Shown here: positions 22,194 through 33,723 of the stretch, one piece after another | How positions within the stretch are numbered: the first letter of the stretch is position 1 | Layout of the letters: the number at the start of each line of letters is the position of its first letter | Position numbers and translations under genes: made by a program | Notes under the pieces: model-generated | What the model saw: only the letters and a program-made list of their open reading frames with translations | Databases searched by the model: none | Told to the model about the DNA's origin: nothing | From: Chloroflexota bacterium | GTDB lineage: Bacteria; Chloroflexota; UBA11872; VXNJ01 | Direction of reading: 5' to 3' | Length of the DNA stretch: 64,000 nt | NCBI GenBank assembly: GCA_965261345.1 | Contig: OZ253449.1 | Coordinates: 32,001-96,000, forward strand

Positions 22194-22472
22194 ATGGACA
22201 CTGAATCTAAAACTGGCCGTTGGTCGATCCGGGTTTCTCCAAGCGATGACATGATCGTGCGCCGCGTTATCGCTCGCAGCCGGATGTCACTCAACGAATA
22301 TGTCGTGCGGAACGCCGTCTCGGCCGCGATTGCCGACCTGTCCGATCGCCGGCTATTTACGCTGTCGGCGGGAGAATGGGAAGAACTGCAAAGGGTTCTT
22401 GATCGACCCACTGTTTCCAAGCCCAGACTCGCCGAACTACTAGCTCAACCCTCAGTCCTTGAAACGGATTGA
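22194..22472 (+). CDS. DUF1778 (AtaR/TacA-like) antitoxin
   Basis: WSIRVS..SLNEYVV..DRRLFTLS..EWEEL..LDRP. Confidence 0.85.
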   Translation: MDTESKTGRWSIRVSPSDDMIVRRVIARSRMSLNEYVVRNAVSAAIADLSDRRLFTLSAGEWEELQRVLDRPTVSKPRLAELLAQPSVLETD

Positions 22473-22954
22473 GTACTTACCAGGGTCCGGAACTACTTAC
22501 TGCGGACCATGACGCGGATCGCTTCGACTGCGGCGACGAATCGCTAAATGAGTGGCTCCGGCTGCGCGCGATGCGCAACCAGGGGGATGGTTCCAGCCGG
22601 ACTTGGGTAGTCGCTTACGGCGGCCGTGTAGTTGCCTACTACGCGTCAAGCACCGCGGTGCTTGCTCGCGAGACAGCCGCTGGCCGAATCAGGCGCAACC
22701 AGCCGGAACCATTGCCGGCGATGTTGTTAGGTCGCCTCGCCGTCGATCGAGATCACCAGGGAAAGGGGTTGGCCGCGGCATTGCTGAAGCACTTTTTGGG
22801 CAAAGCCTTGGAAGTGTCCGAGCTAACCGGTCTCAGATTGGTGTTGGTGCATGCCAAAAGCGCGCAGGCGGCAGACTTCTACAGCCATTTTGGTTTCCAG
22901 GCATCCTCGTTTGATGACCTCACTTTCATGCTGCTGCTTAGTGACATTCGATAG
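22469..22954 (+). CDS. GNAT acetyltransferase toxin (AtaT/TacT-like)
   Basis: FDCGDESLNEWL, LLGRLAVD..QGKGL, VHAK..FYSHFGF. Confidence 0.9.
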   Translation: MSTYQGPELLTADHDADRFDCGDESLNEWLRLRAMRNQGDGSSRTWVVAYGGRVVAYYASSTAVLARETAAGRIRRNQPEPLPAMLLGRLAVDRDHQGKGLAAALLKHFLGKALEVSELTGLRLVLVHAKSAQAADFYSHFGFQASSFDDLTFMLLLSDIR

Positions 22955-23136
22955 TCCCGATTTTGGCAGTCGTAGTCGCACCTAGAAGAGCCCCAAACAT
23001 TGGAGTCCGAATCAATTTCGCATTGCCAAGTCGAAATTAACTCCAAGCAGATCCGGCGCGTGGCCGGATCGCCCCGCACTACAAACCGCTCCCGACCCTC
23101 CCTCGCATCGCCGAAGTTCGATGCGATGGATTTAGG

Positions 23137-23164
23137 ATTGGAACTAAAAGGGGTTCGGTCTAGT
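23137..23164 (+). other. dif-like site, right boundary of module copy 1
   Basis: ATTGGAACTAA-AAGGGG-TTCGGTCTAGT. Confidence 0.45.
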
Positions 23165-23236
23165 CCCGACGCAACCCACGGCGGACCCTACTCACCATCA
23201 ATCATGATTGGGTGATGGATAAGGCAGCCGGAGCGA

Positions 23237-24637
23237 TTGGCCATGGATTCCGCAATTGATCGTAATGCCATCACCGCCCGGTTTACGAGAAGGCGCGCGT
23301 TGTCTCTTATATGGGGGCTAGGCGCATCGTCTCTGCTCGCCGCCTGCGATCAGGCTGGAGCGGTAGCTCCGGTGTCGCCAACCCCCTCCCCGACACAACA
23401 GGCGCCTGCACCATCTCCGACTCCGAACGCAGATCAGGACGCGCTGCCTGCTGAACCTATACCGAGGCCGTTCGACGGGGTTGAGATCAAATTCGCGTTC
23501 CCATATTGGAATCCCACCGGAGAAGAAGCAATTCAGGCCGAAATTGTCAAGTTCGAAGCGCTTACCGGAATCTTCGTGGATCCGGATTTTTCGGGCCCGT
23601 GCACCTGGCCAAGGTCAAGTCCGTGCCCTAATCCTGACATTTGGTCCGGCCCCTCTTTGTGGTTACCACCGCTAGCATCCAGAGGCCAACTACTCGAATT
23701 AGACGATTACGTAGCCACCTGGGACGAATGGGACGATTTCTACCCGATCACAAGGGAAGACGTAACTTACGACGGCCACGTCTACGGAATCCCTTTCCAC
23801 ACTAACTACCGCGGCTCGGTTGTTTTTCGACCCTCCTTGTTTGAAGCCGCTGGTCTGCCTACCGAACCACCTTCCACCTGGGATGAGCTAAACGAAATCG
23901 CACCCAAGCTCACCATCCGCGACGGCGAGACCTTCGAGCAGGCCGGATTCAACGTGCAGCACCACTCCCAGGAATATGAGGACTGGCTTATCCAGGCCGG
24001 CGGATCGGTGTTCAATGCAGACTTGACTCAGCCGCGCAACAATACTCCTGCGGGTCACGCCGCCCTTTACCAGCATGTGCGGCACGGTCTTGTCGATGAA
24101 TCCATGCCGATTGGAGGGATGGATTCAGGCGTTCCCAACCTGCATGCCTTCTGCGCCGGCAATGTGGCTATCCAGCAACTCTGGCCCGGCTGGGTTAGCA
24201 ACTGCGAGAACCAAGCCCCCGAAGTTTTTGCCGACCTGGAGGTAGGCCCACCTCTTCAGGGTCCCCGCCAAAGGGCGATGCAACTTTACGTCATCCAATA
24301 CATGGGCAGGAAGCTGACCAAGCACCCTGACGCGGTGTTTGAAACCTTAAAGTACTTTTCTTCATCAGGCCCCAACTACGAAATTTACGACCACCGCGAT
24401 CGTTACATGCCCTGCCGCATGGCGACGGAGGATTACGACCTATATGCATCCGACCCTTGGAAGACATTTGCCAGCAACGTCAAATTCACCCAGTTGCGCC
24501 AGGTCTTGCCCGTGCATATCGACATCCAATCGGCGATGAGCCGCTTGGTGGAGCCAGCCGCTCTTGGTGAGGTCTCGGTCGAAGAGGCGCTGGAGGGAAT
24601 GGACGAGAAGATTCTGGAGATCATGGCCGGATCTTGA
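23237..24637 (+). CDS. Extracellular solute-binding lipoprotein (carbohydrate ABC type, Tat-like signal)
   Basis: TRRRAL..LLAAC; DGHVYGIP, PPSTWDEL. Confidence 0.85.
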   Translation: MAMDSAIDRNAITARFTRRRALSLIWGLGASSLLAACDQAGAVAPVSPTPSPTQQAPAPSPTPNADQDALPAEPIPRPFDGVEIKFAFPYWNPTGEEAIQAEIVKFEALTGIFVDPDFSGPCTWPRSSPCPNPDIWSGPSLWLPPLASRGQLLELDDYVATWDEWDDFYPITREDVTYDGHVYGIPFHTNYRGSVVFRPSLFEAAGLPTEPPSTWDELNEIAPKLTIRDGETFEQAGFNVQHHSQEYEDWLIQAGGSVFNADLTQPRNNTPAGHAALYQHVRHGLVDESMPIGGMDSGVPNLHAFCAGNVAIQQLWPGWVSNCENQAPEVFADLEVGPPLQGPRQRAMQLYVIQYMGRKLTKHPDAVFETLKYFSSSGPNYEIYDHRDRYMPCRMATEDYDLYASDPWKTFASNVKFTQLRQVLPVHIDIQSAMSRLVEPAALGEVSVEEALEGMDEKILEIMAGS

Positions 24638-26732
24638 GACTGTGTGACCAACGTCAATGAATCTGCCCGAGTACCGTTGATTCACCCAAAAATTCGATCG
24701 AAGCCGCGAGTGATTCAATCCGACGCGCATGATAGCCGCCGGAACCGGCCGAGATGTGGAAGTAGGCGGTCGCAGGTGGATTCTGGATGCGATTCGCCGC
24801 TCCGAAAGGCGATTCAACGAGAGCTCCCCTGGCAACGGGCGCAGCCGGTACGAATGACGCCTCAGCGGACGCCCGCCCCGAGACGGGACAACGAATTGGC
24901 CCCTGATCCGCCTCGCAGGTCGAAAACGACAGAAGCCGGATTACCAACGCCATTACCCATCGACACAACGCTCGATTAGCGATCGTGGCCCGCCACGTGG
25001 TGTAACAGCTCCAGCCTGCTGACGAATTAACGCCAGCAGCGCACGGTAAATAAAAGGGCCACCGTGCGCTCCTCAAAATGAAGAAACTTCACCTTCTTCA
25101 TCGAGGAACCATCGATGGCCCAAGATCATTATGCTGCCCTTTTCACCAAGCTGTCCGAGGAGGGCTTTGACAGCCGCGAGTTCGTCCGCCGACTCGTCGA
25201 GCGCGGCCTCCAGGATTTAATCGACGCCGGGGTGGCCGCCCACATCGGGGCGGACCCCCACGAGCGCACTGCGAGACGCACGAACCGCCTCTGGCGGCAA
25301 GCGCACCCGCACCCTCCACCACCCAGGCCGGCGACATCGCGATCGACCTGCCCAAGCTGCGCGCGGGCAGCTGGTTCCCGGAGTTCTTAGAACCGCGCCG
25401 GCGGGTCGATCAGGCCCTGTACGCGGTGGTGATGACCGCCTACATCAGCGGGACTTCCACCCGCAAGGTGGACCGGCTGGTGAAGTCCCTGGGCTCGGGA
25501 CACGGCATCTCCAAGTCTTAAGGTGCCAGCGGATCTGCAAGCGCATCGACGCCCAGGTAAAGGCCTTCCGGGAACGCGACCTGGGACTTGCCAACTACCC
25601 CTACCTGTACCTGGACGCCACCTACGTGAAGGCCCGCCACCGCCACCAGGTCCGCTCGCGGGCGCGGGCGCTGGCCATCGGAGTCACCGGCGACGGCCGC
25701 CGCGAGGTGCTGGGCTTTGCCGTCGGCGACGGCGAGGACCTGCCCTTCTGGGAGGACTTCCTTAGCTCACTGGCGGATCGGGTCCTTACGGGGGTGAAGC
25801 TGGTGATCTCGGACGCCCACTCGTCCATCAAGGCCGCGGTGCGGACCCGGCTGCCGGGCGCGGCCTGGCAGGCCTGCCGGATCCACTTTGGCCGCAACAT
25901 CGCCCGGCGGGCCGGCTGCCGGCCGAACCAGCGCCGGGCGATGGCCGCCTTCTCCACCATCTACAACCAGGCCGACCGCGAAATGGCGGTAGCCCGCTAC
26001 CACTACTTCGCCGCGGCGATGGAGAAGCTCGCCCCGCGCCTGGGGGACTACGTCGACGACAGAGAGGTGGAGCTGACCGCCTACGCCGATTTCCCGCCGG
26101 TGCACTGGCGGGAAGATCTGGTCCACCAATCCCCTGGAGCGCCTCATGGCCGAGATCTGAGCGGCGCAGCCGGGTGGTGCAGATCTTCCACGGGTGACGA
26201 ATCGGTCGTGCGCCTGGCGGGGGCGATCCTGTGCGAGCTCAAGCGACGAATGGATCGCCTCCGAGCGCCGCTACATGTCCCAGGAGTCGATGCGGCAGAT
26301 CGGGAAGGTGGTGGCCCACCGTGACGATATCGACGGGCAGACCGGGCAGCTGGTGGCGGCGCCCAGGGACTGGGCCCTGCAAAGAGCCAAAGAGATCTAC
26401 ATGTAGACGGCCGGCGGCGGGATGAGCTCTCCGCCGTCTCCCGGAAGGGCTGCGCGCCCGAGGGTCCCCGGGATCGGTGCGCCCGGCGATCCCGTTTGGC
26501 GATGCGGCACGGGGCACAATTGGGCTGCGGCCGCACTGCCGCACGAAAACACATCCACTCAGCAGGATCAGCGCCCCCGGAGAGTCTCCTACAACAACTG
26601 CCGGCCCTTGCCGGCAGCATCGGCCTCGAGGCCGATGCTGCCGCACCCCATCAAAGTAGAGGGAGCCGGACTTACTTACACCTACCGAGGGGACACGTGA
26701 ACAACGCCGGTTACTTCTGCAGGGAACGTCAG

Positions 26733-27506
26733 TTACTTTTGCAGAGTTTTCTCCCGGATTATTTCCTCCTTCTCTAGCCCAGTCCGGTAACTGGGTACGT
26801 CAAATTCAAGCACCACGGCGTGATGGACGATTCGGTCGGCCGCCGCCGCGGTGGCCATCGGGTTGGGAAAGATCTTGCCCCATTCGCTAAAGACCAGGTT
26901 CGAGGTGATCCCAATCGAGCGCCGCTCGTAGCGCTCGGCGATCAACGTAAACAGCACCTCGGCCTCATCGGTCCCCTGCGGCAGGTAACCCAGATCGTCG
27001 ATGATGATCAGGTCGATGTAGTCGAGCTTGCGCAACAGCCGGGGCAGTTCCAGGTCGCGCTTGGCCGCCAGAAGTTCCTGCACCAGCCGGTAGGCGGGTG
27101 CAAACAGCACCGATCGGCCGTTCTCGACCAGCTTGTGTCCGATCGCACACAGGGCATGGGTCTTGCCGGTCCCGGGCAGGCCGAAGGCCAGGACGTTGAC
27201 GGCCCCGTCCAGGAACTGACCCTCGAGCAGGTCCTGGAGCTGGGCGCTGAGCGGCGGCGGCAGGTTCTGGCGATCGAAGTTGTCCCAGGTCTTCCCCGGC
27301 GGGAGCTTGGAGGACTTGCGCAGCCGGTCCACCCGGCGCTGGCGCCGATCGTCCATCTCCTGGCAGAAGACTTCGAGCAGGGTATCGAGCGCGTCGACAT
27401 GACCGGCATCTACGAAGCGCTCAACCGCCTCGGTCCCGATCGTGGGCAGCCGCAGCTCCTTGCACATGAGCTTTATCTGCCGGGCGGCAACGGATGGCGC
27501 GGTCAT
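26733..27506 (-). CDS. istB: IstB ATPase
   Basis: GLPGTGKT, IIDDLGY, TSN, DRIVHH. Confidence 0.95.
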   Translation of the reverse strand: MTAPSVAARQIKLMCKELRLPTIGTEAVERFVDAGHVDALDTLLEVFCQEMDDRRQRRVDRLRKSSKLPPGKTWDNFDRQNLPPPLSAQLQDLLEGQFLDGAVNVLAFGLPGTGKTHALCAIGHKLVENGRSVLFAPAYRLVQELLAAKRDLELPRLLRKLDYIDLIIIDDLGYLPQGTDEAEVLFTLIAERYERRSIGITSNLVFSEWGKIFPNPMATAAAADRIVHHAVVLEFDVPSYRTGLEKEEIIREKTLQK

Positions 27507-28993
27507 CGTCGGGCCCCGGTAAGCAAACGATCGTAGATTGCCAGGTCGGGTGTTGCCAGGGATGCCAGCTCGGGTATCGACGGCGAGCGCGGCGCGACCA
27601 GATCGCGCACGTCCTGACAGTCGAAGCGCTCGCCCTTATCCAGGAGTCCGGCCAGGGCCCTGGCCACGTCGGCCTCCATGGTTGTGGCCGCCAGTTGCAG
27701 GATGCGCAGGTAATTGACGTCGGCGCTGTGCCGGCCGCGCCACCCCAGGAGCGCATCGTAGGCGCGGCGGAAGGTAAGGGTGGGAAAGAGCTGGTCGCGC
27801 CAGCGGTAGCGGGCAAATGCGCCCGGTTTCCTAACCAGCGAGGCGATTACGTGGCGGTAATTGACGCGGGCGCGCCGGGCGCCGCTGACGCGCTCGATGC
27901 GCTCGATGAAACTTCCCTTGTAGTAGACGTCCAGGTGCTCGGGGTAGAGACGGGCTTCCACCTTTTGCCCGATCAGGCGCGGTGGTACCGTGTAGGTGCG
28001 ATTGGAGACCCTGATGGTGCTCCATTTGCGCACCCGAGCCTGGTACGTGACGTAATCGGGCAGGGGAGTCGGCGGTAGGGGCCGAAGGTGTGAGCGCTCA
28101 ATCTCCGTCCTGGCCGCTGCCGCCCGGTTCTTTTTGTCGACTATCGCCAGCACGAAGTCCCGGTAGTCGCCGACGCAGTAAAAGTCCGAACTCCCGCGCA
28201 GCAGCAGCTCCTGCCGCAAAAGATTCTTCATCCGCCGGTGGGCCTGCTCCACGACCCCGTTCTCGTGCGCCTTGCGCGGATTGGTGCGAGTTGACTTTAA
28301 GCCGTAGTGCTCCAGAAGCTGGCGATAGGTCCGGTTCAGGGTCCGGCCGCCGGTCTTCCGCAGCTCGTGGGTGACCGCCGAGAGGTTGTCGGAACGGATG
28401 ATCTGCGGGGTCCCGCCCAGCTCGTAGAGAGCGTGCTGCAATCCCGACTTGAGGGACATGAAGCTCTCGGTCGAGGAAAGCTCGACGTAGCGCCACCCGG
28501 AGTGGGAGAGCACGAACTCGAACAGGAGATGCGGGAAGGGCGTCCCGGCGATCGTCACCTCCAGCTTGCTGGCGCTGGTGAAGTCCAGCTGCGCCTCCCT
28601 TCCCGGCGGATGGACCTGGGGGAAGTAGACCTCCCGGTCGGGGCCGGAGAGCGCCCGCCAATCGCGGACCCGGCGCTGCAGGGTGCGCAGTTGTGCTGAC
28701 GAGAACCGATCCGGGTACTTGCCGCAGAGCCGCTCCAGGATGGTGGTGGCCTGCAGTACCCCGTTGCGGTCGCTTTGCAGGAGCGGCACGACCTCCTCTT
28801 CCCATACCCCTCCGAAGGGATCGGGGTGGGTGCGCCAGTGGCGATCTTGCCTTTTGCTATCGGACGGGAGCTTCCCTTCGCGCCAGTTATGGCCCGAGCG
28901 CGCGCTCATCCCGGCCGCCGCCGCGGCGGTGGCCATCTTCTTGCCTTGCATCAGTTGCAGCCTCAGTAGTGTGACTTGTCGATCGGTGACCAA
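27503..28993 (-). CDS. istA: IstA transposase
   Basis: AQLDFT, SDNLS, ENGVVE, YTVP. Confidence 0.95.
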   Translation of the reverse strand: MVTDRQVTLLRLQLMQGKKMATAAAAAGMSARSGHNWREGKLPSDSKRQDRHWRTHPDPFGGVWEEEVVPLLQSDRNGVLQATTILERLCGKYPDRFSSAQLRTLQRRVRDWRALSGPDREVYFPQVHPPGREAQLDFTSASKLEVTIAGTPFPHLLFEFVLSHSGWRYVELSSTESFMSLKSGLQHALYELGGTPQIIRSDNLSAVTHELRKTGGRTLNRTYRQLLEHYGLKSTRTNPRKAHENGVVEQAHRRMKNLLRQELLLRGSSDFYCVGDYRDFVLAIVDKKNRAAAARTEIERSHLRPLPPTPLPDYVTYQARVRKWSTIRVSNRTYTVPPRLIGQKVEARLYPEHLDVYYKGSFIERIERVSGARRARVNYRHVIASLVRKPGAFARYRWRDQLFPTLTFRRAYDALLGWRGRHSADVNYLRILQLAATTMEADVARALAGLLDKGERFDCQDVRDLVAPRSPSIPELASLATPDLAIYDRLLTGARR

Positions 28994-29171
28994 ATCGGCG
29001 CCTCCAGTCGGGAGATCTCCAATCAGTCATATCAATAGGGCTGCAAAAGTAACTGTCGTCAGTTCTGCAAAAGTAACTGCCGTCGAACAGACACGACCCG
29101 ATTAGCAAGTGTCAACTGAATTCCTTGAGAAAGCTAGCGTTGTCGCGAATGAGCATTCGGTCAAACGGGGC

Positions 29172-29199
29172 ACAAGAGCAAATCGCAATTATGGAAACC
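29172..29199 (+). other. dif-like site
   Basis: ACAAGAGCAAA-TCGCAA-TTATGGAAACC. Confidence 0.45.
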
Positions 29200-29470
29200 G
29201 GTCAATCAATCGTGGCGGAAGTCGACGAATTGGCCGGGGAGATTCTGGAATTTGGCAGGGTAGCAACGAATTCCGCTCTTGGCGGTTCTTGCTTTCCTGC
29301 TGGGCGCCCACACCATTTCACCAAGTGCGGCCCATATCTATGTAGCGCAGTGATTCAACTGGATTGGGGCCGGTAGCCCAATTTCGTAGTTGCCTGCCCA
29401 TCAACTGGCGTTCAATAGTTGCAGGTAGGTGCTGACTGCGCCAGCCACCTGCAAGCGAGGCTTAGGAAAC

Positions 29471-29671
29471 CTAAACGGTCTCAAATTGCAGCGACGTCAG
29501 GTTTAGATGCGGGGATCGTTCCGAGAGGCGGTGCAACTCGATGCCCACTACTTCATCGGATTCATTGAAATCGAGGAATACTCCATCCCTGACCTCTTCG
29601 GATTCGACGATATTCGAATCGTCAAGCCGCAAATAAAGGGCATCAGTCTTCGTGTCGACACTCAACTTCAT
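29471..29671 (-). CDS. DUF2283 family antitoxin-like protein
   Basis: DALYLRL..ESEEV..GVFLDF..VVGIE. Confidence 0.85.
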   Translation of the reverse strand: MKLSVDTKTDALYLRLDDSNIVESEEVRDGVFLDFNESDEVVGIELHRLSERSPHLNLTSLQFETV

Positions 29672-29702
29672 AGGGGACCTTTCATCGCTCGATCGAAAAA
29701 TG

Positions 29703-32305
29703 TGTTCGCGGACACTAGAAACTGTCCGGACGCGGACACGAAATCTGTCCGCTCATGGCCACCAAAACTGTCCGCTAGCGGACAGTTTTTACAGTGCCCA
29801 ATTCCGCTGATCCCTCCTCATTGTTTTTCACTATCAGGTCAGCGGCAACACCCCTTTCCCGGCCGTGGCCTTAAGTCAACCGGATACTATCGCCCTGGGT
29901 TAGCACCACATGCGCATGGTGGAGCAATCTGTCCACCGCGGCATTGGCAATTGCCTTGGGCATGAGTTCGTCAAACCCGGCCGGATGCAGGTTGGACGAG
30001 AGCGCGATCGACCTGGTCTCGTAGGCCGCATCGATAACCCGGAAGAACGCTTCGGCGGTCTCAGTAGCCACCGGCAAAAGCCCGATGTCGTCGATGACGA
30101 TCAGGTCGGCCTTGAAGGATCCTTAAGATCGCCCTGCCGATGGAGTAATCGACGCTGTGGCGCCTGGCCAGCGATCCCAATTGCTCAAGCGAGAACCAGG
30201 AGACTTTGCGCCCATCCTCGACCGCCAGCTGCCCCAAACCCTCTAGGAAGTGGGTCTTACCGGTACCGGACGGCCCGCAGACGACCAGGTTCTCCCTGCG
30301 CTCGATCCACTCCAGCGTCCTTAGCGCCCGTTGCGTGGGAGCAGGGATCGAAGACAGCTCTTCGTCCCAGGCGTCAAAGGTCTTGCCGGTGGGAAACCCG
30401 GCCGCCTGGCGCCGCAGCCTTACCGACGATGCCGCCCGGCCGGCGATCTCCTCAGTGAGTAATGCCTTGACCGCCTCGGCCGGATCCCAGCGTTGCGCCT
30501 TAGCGGTTGCCAAAAGATCGGGGGTGATCCGGCGCATGTAGGGAAGACGCAGGATCCTGAGCTGGGATATGACCTCGTCTACCAGGGCGCTCATCGGGAA
30601 TCACCCGCCATCCCGAAGTCCTGCCAACCGGACGTGCCGCTTTGGAGCAGGGAGCTATCGCCGGCGCGGCGGCGACTGCCCGACGCCGGCGACTCGATGA
30701 TGGAGGCGATGTCGCCGAAGCCGAAGCGCTCATGGTCGGCGGCAATCCCCAGGGCCCTGTCGACTGTTTCGCTGCGGTGCAGACGTGACAGGGTCACGAT
30801 CTCATCCAGCTTGGCTCCAATTCTTCCCGACCCGCTCTGGGAAGCTTTGAGCAACCAGCGCTCGGCGTTGGTACCAATCCCCAGGAACGCTCGCTCGCGC
30901 TCGGTCCTAGCTTGCGGCCGGCGCCGGAGTGATCCCGGTGGGGCGGCCGGGAAGTGGGAGGGATCGATGACTCTTCTTCCCGGCAAGGCGCAGCGGTGCC
31001 TGGCGACCTCGGTTAATCCGCCGGCTGCGGGCGCGACAACTACCAGCTCGTCACCCTCTGGCCGCACCCATACGGTCTCGTCGGCGAAGGCATGAGGAAC
31101 CGAATATTGGGCCCCGCCGAAGCTGATCAGGGAGGTGCAGTTGGCCCTGCGGGTTACACCGAAGGCGACGGTAAACGGCGATCGCGGCAGGGGATGCAGG
31201 GAACTTTGCTCTTGGCTGAGCATCTGATCCGGGGCCTGGGCGGTGATACGGTGCTGGCGGGCGTTTACGGTGTCGGTGAACGCCTGGCAGGCGCCGACCA
31301 GCTCTGCCCAGGAAGAGTAAGCCGGCCGCAGGTTGGCGGTGGTCGGCACCAGGTCGGCCTTGGCGATCCTCACTGTTGCTTCGGATCCACCCTTGGATTG
31401 GGGATCAGCCGGTTGGCAGGTGGTGATCGTGGTGCCGTAGTGGGCTCCGCAGGCGACCATGAGCGGGTGTCTTACCGATATGCCGGCGATGTGCTCGGTC
31501 GTAACCGTCTTCTCGTTGTCGGTTAGCCAATAGGTGGGAACACCGCCGAAGGAGTGCATGGCCCGGTCCAGACAGGCAATTACGGTCTCCAATCTGCGAT
31601 CGCGCACCGGGATGACCACCCGGAAGCGCGACCACGCCAGCCAGGCACAGAAGAGGGAGGTCCTAAGCCCGTTTATCCGGGGACCCTCGCCCCAGTCCCA
31701 CCCAAGCCCACATCCCTGGCTCGGTCACCCAGGGCCGGAAGATGCGGCGGTTGTCTTTGCGGTGAGAGCGCTTGGCTTCGGCGACCGCTCTTCTGACCGT
31801 GCGCTCGGATCCGGCAAAGCCCATCGCCTTGAGCTTCTGATGGCAAATGTCGGCCCTGACGTTGCCCTTAGAGCGGGAGATCCACTCCTCGATCTTGGGT
31901 CGGTAGGGGTCGATCTTGGAGGGACGCCGTTTGGGCGACCTGGTTTGCAGTTGACCGCGGGCACGCCGGGCAACGTAATCGGCCACGGTCACATGCGAAC
32001 AGCCGCAAAGTCGGGCAGCCGCCTTATATGAACCGGTCAGGTCGAATGCTTCAAGAATTTTCATTGCTTCCTCATGAGACTTCATATGCGACCCCTGCTT
32101 GGTGATGCGCGTCTTGCATGACTCGCAAGTCAAGCAGGGGGAGCACCCGGCGCAGGTCATTTCCTCGCCGGGATTAAATCGTTGTGCGAGGAGAGATCAG
32201 GCGGTCAGGGGCACGCTCTCAAATGGCCGCCAGCGGACAGTTTTAGTGACCGCCAGCGGACACTTCTCATGGCCGCCACCGGACAGAAACCAATGTCCGT
32301 CCACA
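29703..32305 (-). mobile_element. IS21-family element 2 (istA and istB frameshifted), inserted in a DUF4258 gene
   Basis: Ends TGTTCGCGGACA / TGTGGACGGACA; 5-bp TSD AAATG; LTDNEK, SKGGSE, GPSGTGKT. Confidence 0.9.
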
Positions 32306-32521
32306 AAATGCGGTTACAACTAGCCAGGGGTCCTTGCTTGTGTTGACGACAACTCGCAACACTCGTCCATCGCGTTCGTGAATGCTCTTGAAGAATCTCG
32401 CAACTTGCGAATCATTGTTTTCGCCAGTTCGCAATTCTGGCGCCTGGACGGTGTCAAACGCCCATTCGATGCGAATTGCCCGCTCGGCGATCACGTGTTG
32501 AGCGTGAATTGAGAAATCCAA
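32306..32521 (-). pseudogene. DUF4258 toxin-like gene split by IS21 (tail FDRAMKGPL at ~29668-29702)
   Basis: FSIHAQ..ERAI..LRVVVN..VVTAF|FDR rejoins across the TSD. Confidence 0.8.
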
Positions 32522-32749
32522 CTGAATGCGTTGGCGCGGCCCATCAGGAATCGCTTGCTCCGATCGGCGGCAGCAACTCTAGTCGTTTATCTCAGATACG
32601 GGGCAAAAATTCAAGCGCCCAATTTGATTCGACACTTCACTTGAAATGTGTCGCAATAGTTCCCGCCTCATGGAGGCCTCGGGTCAATGGTTGCCAGCCA
32701 AGACTTAAGCAAATGGCGTGTATTAGGCCAGGATGGCAGGGAGTCGCTT

Positions 32750-32777
32750 GGGTAAATTACTAATGATTATGTCTTGT
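32750..32777 (+). other. dif-like site
   Basis: GGGTAAATTAC-TAATGA-TTATGTCTTGT. Confidence 0.55.
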
Positions 32778-32902
32778 ATGGACGTTCCGAGCTTGCGCCG
32801 AAGAATCAACCAATCAGATGCGTGCGTCAAATCTCCAACCACTGACACGAGCGTCCCGAGACGAATCTCAATCCGTGCGCGCAGTCGCAAACCGCTCGAC
32901 GT

Positions 32903-33160
32903 CTATCTTTTAGATCTGGCTTTCGCAAGTCCGTAGGCGGTTTGTAGGCCAAGCCATGTTTCTGGGGTCGAACCAAAACTCTCGGACAAGCGAATGGCCA
33001 TTTCAACGGAGACCCCGACCCTTTCATTAACTAACCCCGAGAGCGTTTGTCGCGATACGCCCAATCTCTTGGCGGCCCGAGTTACGTTCAGGGCCAACGG
33101 CTCAAGGCATTCGCATCTGACGATTTCGCCAGGGTGAGAGGGATTCATCATCGGCATCAT
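32903..33160 (-). CDS. higA: HigA antitoxin (XRE HTH)
   Basis: NPSHPGEI..AAKRLGVSRQTLS..MAIRLS..WLGLQ. Confidence 0.9.
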   Translation of the reverse strand: MMPMMNPSHPGEIVRCECLEPLALNVTRAAKRLGVSRQTLSGLVNERVGVSVEMAIRLSESFGSTPETWLGLQTAYGLAKARSKR

Positions 33161-33167
33161 TGCTTCC

Positions 33168-33450
33168 TTAGTCGTAGTTGATGTAGTCGACGATGTGAGT
33201 GTTGCCGTCCATGAACCTGAAAGTTGCTCGCCAATTTACCGATACGGACACCGCCTAGTGTCCCTTCGACTGCCCAGATATGGGATGCAACTTGAATACT
33301 GGCACATCCACGGATTGCCACTCGGTGCCTTGATCAAGGACCACGGGGATTCGCCTCATCTTCAGAACGTGGTCGGCGTTCAAGTAGGGCCGACCCTACG
33401 GACCGCAAAGCGGACGCGGGCCACAGATTTATTGCCCGTCTGTGAATCGC
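33168..33450 (-). pseudogene. higB: HigB/RelE toxin with premature stop
   Basis: FKLHPISGQSKGH*AVSVSVNWRATFRF..VDYINYD. Confidence 0.75.
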
Positions 33451-33501
33451 TAAGTTGTGCGGCCCGCTGGGGATCCTCTCAGTTGCGCTTTGGAGGGAGA
33501 A

Positions 33502-33723
33502 TCAACCAACTTCGATGAGTTCGCTAATCGTGCTTGATTCGGGCAACGATTCGCCTTGGTCGATTAATGCTTCGATATGCATCCCGATGGCCTGACCCAG
33601 TAGCTCCCTAACTTCCTCTTTCGAGTCTCCGGCGGCAACACACCCCGGCAAGTCGGGAACGTAGCCCGAGAACCCGTTATCCGTCTTTTCGATCAACACG
33701 ACAAATGCCGCCGGCGTTTTCAC
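33502..33723 (-). CDS. hicB: HicB antitoxin
   Basis: VLIEK..FSGYVPDLPGCVAAGDS.EE. Confidence 0.9.
   Translation of the reverse strand: MKTPAAFVVLIEKTDNGFSGYVPDLPGCVAAGDSKEEVRELLGQAIGMHIEALIDQGESLPESSTISELIEVG

Larger units (their letters stand above)
19344..23147 (+). repeat. 3.8-kb module copy 1 (SWIM protein, DUF2442, DUF1778-GNAT)
   Basis: Near-identical to 59816-63640. Confidence 0.95.
26698..29089 (-). mobile_element. IS21-family element 1
   Basis: TG...CA ends with repeated GTTACTT motifs; 6-bp TSD GACACG. Confidence 0.92.
24981..29098 (+). mobile_element. IS256-family element (degenerate transposase 25115-26406) with IS21 nested in its right IR
   Basis: 8-bp TSD CGATTAGC (24973-24980 / 29099-29106); imperfect IRs; YLYLDATY, LVISDAH, WQACRIH; several frameshifts. 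Confidence 0.85.

Noticed and set aside
29703-29800. Short repeats (CGGACA../TGTCCG) resembling a CRISPR array
   Set aside because: They are the multiple terminal repeats of IS21 ends; no regular spacers and no cas genes.
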